A stretch of 27,885 nt of DNA, taken from NCBI GenBank assembly GCA_050288485.1, contig JBNKDX010000001.1, forward strand, positions 1 to 27,885, in the 5' to 3' direction. The notes under the pieces were generated by a model. That model did no database searches, was not told the DNA's origin, and worked only from the letters and a program-made list of their open reading frames with translations. Position numbers and translations under genes: made by a program. Of the stretch, positions 1 to 6,647 are shown piece by piece; position 1 is the first letter of the stretch, and the number at the start of each line of letters is the position of its first letter. Source of the stretch: Rhodomicrobiaceae bacterium. GTDB taxonomy: Bacteria > Pseudomonadota > Alphaproteobacteria > Rhizobiales > Rhodomicrobiaceae.

Positions 1-402
1 AGCTATGGCCCCATTCAACATGGCAGCGCCATTTACAGGCGTGGCGCTCTTGCTGTCAAGCGCCCGTCCAGAGCCATTCGCCCCATTCAAGCCCTACTTA
101 AACACCGCGTTTCGCGAACTTATTGATACGACGCAGGAATTGGTGAAATTCGCGCGGCGCGGCGCGGCGCTACGCTTTGGGCGGCCGCGGCGTTTTCCGG
201 GCTGGAAGGTCACAAGTGGTGGCCGTGACGTTCTGGCAGGATCGCCTTATGGGCGGTGTCCACACATGACCTACGCATGGTGAACCTAACCCTTCGCTCG
301 CAACGCGATGGGCGGTTGCCAGTAACGCGGTCCCCGCGCGTGATGGGCGGGGTGGCGGCGCCCTCAGTGATCGCGAGCTTTCTGGTCCTTTCCCCCTTGG
401 TG

Positions 403-961
403 TCAATCCCTTCGAGGTTCGGTACAGCGACCGCGGTCAGGAAGTCTGCCCGGCGGAGGATCGAGCTTGTCGACAAGCTGCTGGTAGACGGCGTCGAAGC
501 CGGGATCGTAGTTGTCCGGATGATCGCGGATCATGGCGATGACCTTGCGGCAGCAATCGGCGGCCTCGCGGTTCTCGCCGCGGGCCTCATGCACCATGCC
601 GAGGCGGTCATAGCCATCGTGCTCGTCAGGGAACCGCTCCAGGAGGTCGCGCGCGGTCTGCTCGGCCTCGTCGAGTTTGCCGGCATGGACGAGGTCGACC
701 ACGGCGTTGGAAGCGTCCGTGAGTTCTTCGGCCTCGTCGTAGACGGTGGCGAGCATGTCGGCGAGTTCCTCCACAGCGCTGGGCAGGCGTGGTGGCGAAG
801 CGGGAGGCTGCACGGCAGCGGCGAGCCGCTCGCGTTTCGCGGCTTCATCATTCGTCAGGCAACGACTCTTTGTTTGTCCTACCGCTTCGCTGCTTGAGGA
901 CCTGTTTGTACTTCTTGCCGCTTCCGCAGGGGCAGGGATCATTGCGTCCGGTTTTGGCCAT
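403..961 (-). pseudogene. SEC-C motif + TPR-repeat protein, frameshifted by a ~37 bp insertion
   Basis: ATG at 961 reads MAKTGRNDPCPCGSGKKYKQ (SEC-C motif GRNDPCPCGSGKKYK). Removing 865-901 joins this in frame to RCLTNDEAAKRERL...GKLDEAEQTARDLLERFPDEHDGYDRLGMVHEARGENREAADCCRK (TPR-like helices) of the 403..942 ORF. Confidence 0.8.
865..901 (-). repeat. Hairpin micro-insertion, family A copy 1
   Basis: Minus strand GTCCTCAAGCAGCGAAGCGGTAGGACAAACAAAGAGT. The 27 bp core is identical to 1900-1926. GTCCT/AGGAC stem with a GCGAAGC cap. Interrupts the SEC-C motif; boundaries +/-1-2 nt. Confidence 0.85.
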
Positions 962-989
962 GGCGGTCAATACGCCGTTGCTCGGAAGG

Positions 990-1706
990 ATGCACACTTT
1001 GTACCAAGCTCTATTGTCTGACGCCGGATTTCATGCCCTCCTGCTCGCCTTCGATCGCGATCTTGCCAATGCCTGCCGGCGCAAGGGTTGCGCCTTGCGC
1101 CGCGGAGCTCTGCACTCCGCCCGGTACCGGCGCAAACCACGCGGCCGGCTCTGCAAGCTTGGCGAGGAGCACGACTGGCGTTTCAGCTATTGCTGCGCCC
1201 GCGACGGCTGCCGCACGCGGGCGACGCCGCCGTCGCTGCGCTTTCTCGGCCGCAAAGTCTATCTCGCCGCCATGGTGGCGCTGGCTGCGATCATGCAGCA
1301 TGGGATCACCGGGGCGCGGATAAGACAGCTGCACAAGGCCGCACGCGTCAGCCGCCGGACGGTTGCGCGCTGGCGGCTGTGGCGGCGCAGCACTTTCCCC
1401 GCAACCCCATTCTGGCGGACTGCGTGTGCCGCATTCATGCCGCCGGCCGATGAGGATCGTCTGCCAGCCTCGCTGCTCAAGCGCTTCTCCGATGACGGCA
1501 CATCCTGTCCGGACACCCCTGGTGCTGCACAGCTGCTGCGATGCTTGGAAGCGATGTTTACTGATCGCGACCAGGAGCGACGTTTATCTGGTCGCGACCA
1601 AACAAGTGTCGCTCCAAGCGTCGCTCTGAATCGCAGCCACAAACAGCTGATGGCGCTGTTGCGCTTCATCGCCCCCCTCACCGGAGGCTGCGAGCACGCT
1701 CAGTAG
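990..1706 (+). CDS. Cys/His-rich, HTH-containing transposon-associated protein (DUF6431-like, inferred) with a ~46 aa in-frame foreign insert; probably decayed
   Basis: ATG 990 after GGAAGG. Motifs HSARYRRKPRG, RFSYCCARDGCRTRATPPSLRFLGRKVY and HTH-like VSRRTVARWRLW. Lies directly upstream of the transposase. The insert lies between RFSDDG and HKQLMALLRF. Confidence 0.6.
   Translation: MHTLYQALLSDAGFHALLLAFDRDLANACRRKGCALRRGALHSARYRRKPRGRLCKLGEEHDWRFSYCCARDGCRTRATPPSLRFLGRKVYLAAMVALAAIMQHGITGARIRQLHKAARVSRRTVARWRLWRRSTFPATPFWRTACAAFMPPADEDRLPASLLKRFSDDGTSCPDTPGAAQLLRCLEAMFTDRDQERRLSGRDQTSVAPSVALNRSHKQLMALLRFIAPLTGGCEHAQ
1500..1637. repeat. Nested composite of family B hairpin units (~138 bp, in frame)
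   Basis: Outer inverted repeat GCTGCGAT (1535-1542) / ATCGCAGC (1630-1637). Inner units GCGAT-gtttactg-ATCGC (1551-1568) and GCGAC-gtttatctg-GTCGC-gaccaaacaag (1577-1606). Perfect palindromes TGTCCGGACA (1506-1515) and TGGTCGCGACCA (1589-1600). Confidence 0.7.
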
Positions 1707-1825
1707 CGGTCTTCTCAGATCCGCAGAGGATGCCCGTCGCCGGAAAAATCTGCGTCCTTTATCGTCTGTGCGCCCCGATCCACAGGAGTGCCGATGTGAT
1801 GGAGCAGGAGCGGAGTCCTGGAGTC

Positions 1826-1863
1826 CTTGTTGGCCGCGATCAGACAAGCATCGCGGCGAAGTC
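1826..1863 (-). repeat. Hairpin micro-insertion, family B (38 bp including a 4 bp AGTC duplication)
   Basis: AGTC at 1822-1825 and 1860-1863. Stem GCCGCGAT/ATCGCGGC with a 9 nt loop. Removal restores GV-HERW. Confidence 0.85.
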
Positions 1864-1899
1864 CACGAGCGGTGGGCGCACCTGCGCTTCTCCGTTACC

Positions 1900-1934
1900 G
1901 TCCTCAAGCAGCGAAGCGGTAGGACAGCAAAAAA
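1900..1934 (+). repeat. Hairpin micro-insertion, family A copy 2 (35 bp)
   Basis: GTCCTCAAGCAGCGAAGCGGTAGGACAGCAAAAAA. Removal restores FSVT-AQLLAAPPPKG. Confidence 0.85.
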
Positions 1935-2090
1935 GCACAGCTGTTGGCCGCTCCCCCGCCAAAGGGCGAACTGCGCGCCGCCATCGAGGCGCTCGCCGCT
2001 CAAACCTGGCGCCACCCGGCCACAGGCGATCCTGTCCGCTTCGGCTTCTCCACCATCGAGCGGTTGGTGCTACCGTGCCCTGAAGGAACG

Positions 2091-2126
2091 GTTTTTGTTG
2101 TCCTACCGCTGCGCCACTTGAGGACG
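2091..2126 (-). repeat. Hairpin micro-insertion, family A copy 3 (36 bp, ACG flanking duplication)
   Basis: Minus strand CGTCCTCAAGTGGCGCAGCGGTAGGACAACAAAAAC, 24/27 identical to the copy 1/2 core. Removal restores ALKER-SDPVGVLRR. Confidence 0.85.
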
Positions 2127-2154
2127 CAGTGATCCCGTCGGCGTCCTGCGCCGC

Positions 2155-2190
2155 ATACCGTCGCGATGCTTGTCTGATCGCGACCAGCAA
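2155..2190 (+). repeat. Hairpin micro-insertion, family B (36 bp, GCA flanking duplication)
   Basis: Stem GTCGCGAT/ATCGCGAC, loop GCTTGTCTG (same loop as the 1826-1863 copy on its own strand), tail CAGCAA. Removal restores LRR-KIRNN. Confidence 0.85.
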
Positions 2191-2463
2191 AAAATTCGTA
2201 ACAATGCCGGCCGGCAGATCGCGATGAGCGGCGCCGTCCGGCAGGCTGTGCTGGCGCAATACGCCGCGCACAAAAGCTGGAGTGTCCAGCTCCATCACGA
2301 CAATCTCGCCGCTCTGGCTGAGACGAGGCCCGACCTGCAGCCGGCGCCGTCCTACACCACGCTGCGCCGCTTCTTCAAAGCCAACGGTCTCGACCGCCGC
2401 CGCGTTACATCGCGCCAGACCGAAGGCGCCGCCCGCGCCGAGGACCGGCTCGCTGATCGCGAG

Positions 2464-2897
2464 ATGGGCGACATGTTCGGCGTCGAACTGCGGCCAACCA
2501 ATCGCTGGGGCGGCGCCAAGATGCTCCGTGACCGTTGGCAGCCCCACATCGACGCCGCGCTGTCGCGCCCCGTCCTCATCGTCGACGAGGCGCAGGAAAT
2601 GCCGCCCGCCGTACTCGCCGAACTGCGTCTCCTGTCCTCCGCACGTCTCGACAGCCACATCCTGCTCACCGTCGTCCTCGCCGGCGACGGCCGCCTCGTC
2701 GAACGTCTGCGCTCCGACGAACTGATGCCGCTCGCCAGCCGCATGCGCGTCCGCCTCGCCCCAAGTGAGCGTTTATCGCGAACGGTAAACGTTCGCTTAA
2801 GCGCGCCACGCCGGAGGAACTGCGCGAATACATCGAGCACGGACTGCAGAAAGCCGGCGCCGCCAAGATGATGACGCCCGAGCTGGTCTCTACAGTG
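2464..2897 (+). pseudogene. ExeA/IstB-like AAA+ ATPase, internal fragment
   Basis: Walker B region RPVLIVDEAQEM, followed by LLTVVLAGD and LASRMRVRL. After removing 2762-2796 it continues ALKRATPEELREYIEHGLQKAGAAKMMTPELVSTVSE. Walker A and the C-terminus are missing. Confidence 0.8.
2762..2796 (+). repeat. Hairpin micro-insertion, family C copy 1 (35 bp)
   Basis: CAAGTGAGCGTTTATCGCGAACGGTAAACGTTCGC forms a 12-14 bp stem with G-T wobbles and a CGAA loop. Removal restores the ATPase frame. Confidence 0.75.
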
Positions 2898-2930
2898 AGT
2901 GAGCGCTTGACGCTCACGATAAACGTTCGC
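2898..2930 (+). repeat. Family C copy 2 at the ATPase/IS4 junction
   Basis: AGTGAGCGCTTGACGCTCACGATAAACGTTCGC, 27/33 identical to 2764-2796. Confidence 0.7.
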
Positions 2931-3457
2931 TTTCCCGCGACGCCAATATCGCCCTTGGCAAAGGCAGTGCGATCAAGCCGCTCTCCGCCTTTCTCATCGG
3001 TCAATCCGATAAAACTGAAGCGCTCGTCCGGAAGGTCGAAGGCGCCATGAAGCCGCCATAGGCCGCTGTTCTTCTTTGCCTCTTTCCCTGCCTTCGGAAC
3101 CGTCGTCCCGTCGAGGCGCCGGATGCGCCGTCCTCCTGCCTCGGACGGGACGCCGGCGTTGAGGAGTGTGCCTGCGAGATGTTCCATCCAGGCGCCGCAC
3201 TTGCGCAGGCGCTTAAGCAGGGCAACGTTGGAAAGGTCTGCGAGACCGGCTGATGCGGCCCATGCGCTTGCCGATCTCAGCCCCATGCCGCCCAGGCAAT
3301 AGGCCAGGACCAGACGTAGCAGATCGGTTGCGCAGGCCACTGCCCGGCTTCGAAGAAACGCCCCCTTCACGCGGGCGGACGCCTCGATGGGCGCTGTCCC
3401 GCCAAGCCGGGTAAGGATGGTCTGCCAAAGCTCGTTCAGAAGCGTTTCGTGCGTCAT
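2931..3457 (-). pseudogene. IS4-family transposase, 3-prime truncated (~174 aa remain)
   Basis: DLLRLVLAYCLGGMGLRSASAWA, LSNVALLKRLR, RRLDGTT (first DDE Asp), WRLHGAFDL and LTDEKGGERLDR...GDIGVA. Similarity stops where the second catalytic Asp is expected, and the ORF then reads through unrelated antisense ATPase sequence. Confidence 0.8.
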
Positions 3458-3521
3458 GCCATGCTAGAATCTGACTCGATTCCAGCTGGTGTTAGCGCGT
3501 GTGGGCGAGATGCCTGGGGGG

Positions 3522-3563
3522 CTAAGCAGACTTTCGTTGGCCGCCCAACGAATGCCAGCTTAG
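3522..3563. repeat. Nested inverted repeat upstream of the IS4 gene
   Basis: TTCGTTGG (3533-3540) / CCAACGAA (3545-3552) inside CTAAGC (3522-3527) / GCTTAG (3558-3563). Could be another micro-insertion or an IS-end feature. Confidence 0.45.
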
Positions 3564-3752
3564 ACTCTTTATGTTTTCGCAGAGTTTTTTCGCAAAACCG
3601 GGAAGACCACTTTTGCGAACTCTGCTTAGCGGCGGAAATCCGGCATTTTTCACACGGATTGCAGTGCGGCAGCCCAGGCCCGAATGGATACGCCGTCCGG
3701 TTGAGAACGCTCATCAACGCTATTTTATGGTTTATAGCTGATAGTCCCGCGC

Positions 3753-5162
3753 ATGTTGTGGGAACAGAACTTTCAGCGCGCGGTCGAGTCTCTGGCTGGT
3801 ACGGCGGAGAATAGCGGCGCCTATGTCAGCCCCCGTTCTACCGGCGATCCGGACCAGGTCACTGAAGCCCGCTTTTTGGCGCTCGGCGGAAATTCTCCGG
3901 CGTATTCGGGCGACGCGTTCACCGAAGATCCCGCCGAGCCCTGCGCCGCCATCCTGCTGACGAGGCGCATCGACCCTGCCGAACTGGCCAATGCCCTCGC
4001 CGAGGCGCAGGACCCGGCCTTGCCGATCGCCGATTTCGGCGGCAATCCCGAGCTTCGAAGCGATTTTTCGCGCGCGAATCTGAACGTCGAGAGCTTCGGC
4101 GAGATGAAGCAGACATTCGCGCCGATCTGGCGGCGGCTCGTGGAGCTGCCGTTCCATTCCCTGCGCGAGGACCGGGCCGAACTGACGACGCTCCGTCTCA
4201 GCTATTCGCGCGCCGCGGCCATCGAAGGCGCGCTCACGGCGGAGACGCGCAATGTCGTGGAATACCCGCTCCTCGGGCTGGGCGCCTCCCCGCAGCGTCA
4301 ACTGGAGCTGCTCGCGGACGCGGGCCTTCTGCATCGCCGCTTCTTCACGCGCACGCAGACCTGCGGCAGATGCGGCTCGGCGCGGCTCAACGTGTTCGAG
4401 GCCTGCCCGTCCTGCAGCAGCGCGGACATCGCGGAGCAGGAAATCGTCCACCATTACCGCTGCGGCGCGCAGGAAGCGGAATCGCACTTCAGACAGGGCG
4501 AACTGCTGGTCTGCCCCAAATGCCGCCGCATTCTGCGCCATTTCGGCAAGGATTACGACAAGCCCGGCGTGGTGGTCACCTGCGCGTCCTGCGGCGCCTC
4601 GAATTCACAGCCGGCCGTGCGCTTCGCCTGCCTCGACTGCAAAGCAGTGACGTCGGCGGACGACTCCAAGACGATCGACTGGTTTCACTACGATCTGACT
4701 GACGACGGCATCCGCGCACTGCGCGAAGGCCGTCTGCCGCGCTTCGAGGTCGGAGCGGCGTTCGAAAAGCGCACGCGCGCCTACTCGCCGCAGGACTTCC
4801 GGCTGCTCGTCATGCAGGAGATGCGGGTGGCGGAGCGCTACAAGCGCCCCTTCGCGGTGGCGCGTCTGTCGTTCCCGAACCTCGACACCCTCCGGCACGA
4901 GATGGGGCCTATGGCCGCGAACACTGCTCTTTTGAGCGCCGTCGACGCCGTCACCGGCGTGTTGCGCGGCTCCGATTTCGTAGGCACGCGCGGCGCCGGC
5001 TCCGCGGTGATCGGTTTCCCGGAGACCACGGCCAGAGACGTCCAGGAGAATATCATCAACCGCATCCGCGAAACCATGCGCGAGACGACCGAGGTTCCGA
5101 TCAAGATTGCGGCCGAAGTTTCGGAAGGCGACGCGATCGCGTCGCTGCTGATCGAGAGTTGA
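3753..5162 (+). CDS. TackOD1-like Cys-rich metal-binding protein with C-terminal degenerate GGDEF domain (predicted c-di-GMP receptor)
   Basis: 11 clustered Cys: CGRC, CPSC, HHYRC, CPKC, CASC, CLDC. The C-terminus AERYKRPFAVARL...LRGSDFVGTRGAGSAVIGFPETT follows the GGDEF-fold pattern, with GAGSA in place of GGDEF. Confidence 0.75.
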   Translation: MLWEQNFQRAVESLAGTAENSGAYVSPRSTGDPDQVTEARFLALGGNSPAYSGDAFTEDPAEPCAAILLTRRIDPAELANALAEAQDPALPIADFGGNPELRSDFSRANLNVESFGEMKQTFAPIWRRLVELPFHSLREDRAELTTLRLSYSRAAAIEGALTAETRNVVEYPLLGLGASPQRQLELLADAGLLHRRFFTRTQTCGRCGSARLNVFEACPSCSSADIAEQEIVHHYRCGAQEAESHFRQGELLVCPKCRRILRHFGKDYDKPGVVVTCASCGASNSQPAVRFACLDCKAVTSADDSKTIDWFHYDLTDDGIRALREGRLPRFEVGAAFEKRTRAYSPQDFRLLVMQEMRVAERYKRPFAVARLSFPNLDTLRHEMGPMAANTALLSAVDAVTGVLRGSDFVGTRGAGSAVIGFPETTARDVQENIINRIRETMRETTEVPIKIAAEVSEGDAIASLLIES

Positions 5163-5233
5163 CGCCAGACAGCCGCGGGCGGCGGCGCCTGTGAAGGCGC
5201 TTCTACGCCCCCGCGTCTCCCGAGGAGCCGACC

Positions 5234-6622
5234 ATGCTGAATCGCCCGATGTTGCGGATGCACGCCTCAGACAGGGCGTCCGGCAAGGCCGACGCCTATA
5301 CGAGGCTGCGGCGGCTCATCGACAACAGGAAGGCGTCCGTCGGCATATTCGGGATGGGGCCGGTCGGGTTGCATCTGGCCTGCTCCGCGGCGCAGGGCGC
5401 AGGACTGCAGGTCATCGGGTTCGATATCGACGAGACGCGGATCAAGGCTCTGGAGAAGGGCAAGTCCTATGTGAGCGACCTGCCTTCCACCACCATCGCC
5501 AAGCTCGTCAAGAACGGCCACCTCGTGCCGACCGCGGATTTCTCGCTCGCGCACGATGCGGACGTGCTCATCATCTGCGTGCAGACGCCGCTCAACCAGT
5601 ATCGCGAGCCCGACCTTTCCCATGTCGAAAAGGCGGCGCAGACGCTGTTGCAGCACGCGCGGCCCGCACAACTCGTCATCCTAGAGTCGACGTCCTATCC
5701 GGGCACGACGCGGGACGTGCTCGGCAATCTGCTCAGCCAGCGCGGCCTGACGCTCGGCGAGGACTTGTTCCTGGCGTTTTCTCCCGACCGTCACGATCCC
5801 GCCAATCTCCGCTATGATATCGCCACGACGCCGAAGGTCGTCGGCGGCGAAGGGCGCGCGGCGCTCGATCTCGCCTGCCGCTTCTACGGTTCGTTCATCA
5901 AGGAGGTGACGCCGGTTTCCTCGGCCGACACCGCCGAAGCGGTGAAGCTGACGGAGAACATATTCCGGGCCGTCAACATCAGCCTCGTGAACGAGTTGAA
6001 GATCCTCTTCACGGAAATGGGCATCGACATCTGGGAGGTCATCGAGGCCGCCTCGACCAAGCCGTACGGCTTCATGCCGTTCTTTCCCAGTCCTGGCATG
6101 GGGGGGCACTGCATCCCCATCGACCCCTCCTATCTGGCCTGGCGGGCGCGCTCTTACGGTCTGACGGCGCGTTTCGTCGAACTGGCCGGCGAAATCGACC
6201 TGATGATGCCCAAATACGTGGTCTGCCGGCTCAACACCGCCCTCAATGTGCGGAGGAAACGCAGCCTCTTCGGATCGCGCGTCCTCGTCATCGGCGTGGC
6301 CTACAAAAAGAACGTCAACGATCTCCGCGAGACGCCCGCGGTCGCAGTCATCCGCGAGTTGCTCAAGCGCGGGGCCAAGCCGGCGTACTACGACCCGCTC
6401 GTTCACGTCCTTCCGGCGGAGGACGGGCCGGACCCCACGCCGGAGCTTCGGTCCACGGACTGGTCGCCCGCCAAGATCGCGAGATACGATGCCGTGATCA
6501 TCCATACCGACCACGACGAGATCGATTACGAAGCGCTCGCCGAGAATGCCCAGCTCATCATCGACACGCGCAACGCCTGCGGCAGCCGCGGGATCGTCAG
6601 TTCCAAAATCGTGAAGGCGTGA
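5234..6622 (+). CDS. Nucleotide-sugar 6-dehydrogenase, WbpA/WecC/TviB (UDP-HexNAc) type
   Basis: Rossmann GIFGMGPVG, ICVQTP, LESTSYPGTT, FSPDR, KLTENIFRAVNI, catalytic GGHCIPIDP, AYKKNVNDLRE. RBS GAGGAG at 5222. Confidence 0.9.
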   Translation: MLNRPMLRMHASDRASGKADAYTRLRRLIDNRKASVGIFGMGPVGLHLACSAAQGAGLQVIGFDIDETRIKALEKGKSYVSDLPSTTIAKLVKNGHLVPTADFSLAHDADVLIICVQTPLNQYREPDLSHVEKAAQTLLQHARPAQLVILESTSYPGTTRDVLGNLLSQRGLTLGEDLFLAFSPDRHDPANLRYDIATTPKVVGGEGRAALDLACRFYGSFIKEVTPVSSADTAEAVKLTENIFRAVNISLVNELKILFTEMGIDIWEVIEAASTKPYGFMPFFPSPGMGGHCIPIDPSYLAWRARSYGLTARFVELAGEIDLMMPKYVVCRLNTALNVRRKRSLFGSRVLVIGVAYKKNVNDLRETPAVAVIRELLKRGAKPAYYDPLVHVLPAEDGPDPTPELRSTDWSPAKIARYDAVIIHTDHDEIDYEALAENAQLIIDTRNACGSRGIVSSKIVKA

Positions 6623-6647
6623 AGGGGCGTGCGAGGGAGCCAGCGGC

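Larger units (their letters stand above)
1799..2463 (+). pseudogene. DDE (rve/Mu-type) transposase, N-terminal HTH part only, disrupted by four micro-insertions and a +1 frameshift
   Basis: AGGAG at 1784-1788, ATG 1799. Removing the inserts and one extra T near 2064 gives MEQERSPGVHERWAHLRFSVTAQLLAAPPPKGELRAAIEALAAQTWRHPATGDPVRFGFSTIERWCYRALKERSDPVGVLRRKIRNNAGRQIAMSGAVRQAVLAQYAAHKSWSVQLHHDNL...PSYTTLRRFFKANGL. This resembles the N-terminus of this transposase family from recall. The catalytic core is absent. Confidence 0.7.
403..2897. mobile_element. Decayed IS21/Mu-like element: divergent SEC-C/TPR gene, Cys-rich HTH gene, DDE transposase N-terminus, ExeA-like AAA+ ATPase fragment
   Basis: Gene fragments reconstructed by hand (see the individual features). 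Transposase plus AAA+ ATPase pairing is typical of IS21/Mu/Tn7-like elements. Element ends were not identified. Confidence 0.7.

Noticed and set aside
152-170. GCGCG pentamer tandem repeat
   Set aside because: Under four units in high-GC DNA, with no coding or promoter context supporting phase variation.
789-989. N-terminal extension of the 789..1706 ORF
   Set aside because: It is antisense to the SEC-C gene and runs through the family A insert. ATG 990 has a ribosome binding site.
865-2930. CRISPR array interpretation of the 35-38 bp palindromic repeats
   Set aside because: Three different sequences, mixed orientation and irregular spacing. The intervening DNA is contiguous gene sequence, and no cas genes are in the window.
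2666-3457. Intact 263 aa IS4 transposase
   Set aside because: Only about 174 aa are transposase. The rest is read-through into the family C repeat and antisense ATPase.
3701-3740. sigma70 promoter for the EPS operon (TTGAGA ... AT-rich patch)
   Set aside because: No -10 hexamer with convincing match and spacing, so it was not called.
3753-5162. Active diguanylate cyclase
   Set aside because: The GG(D/E)EF motif is replaced by GAGSA.
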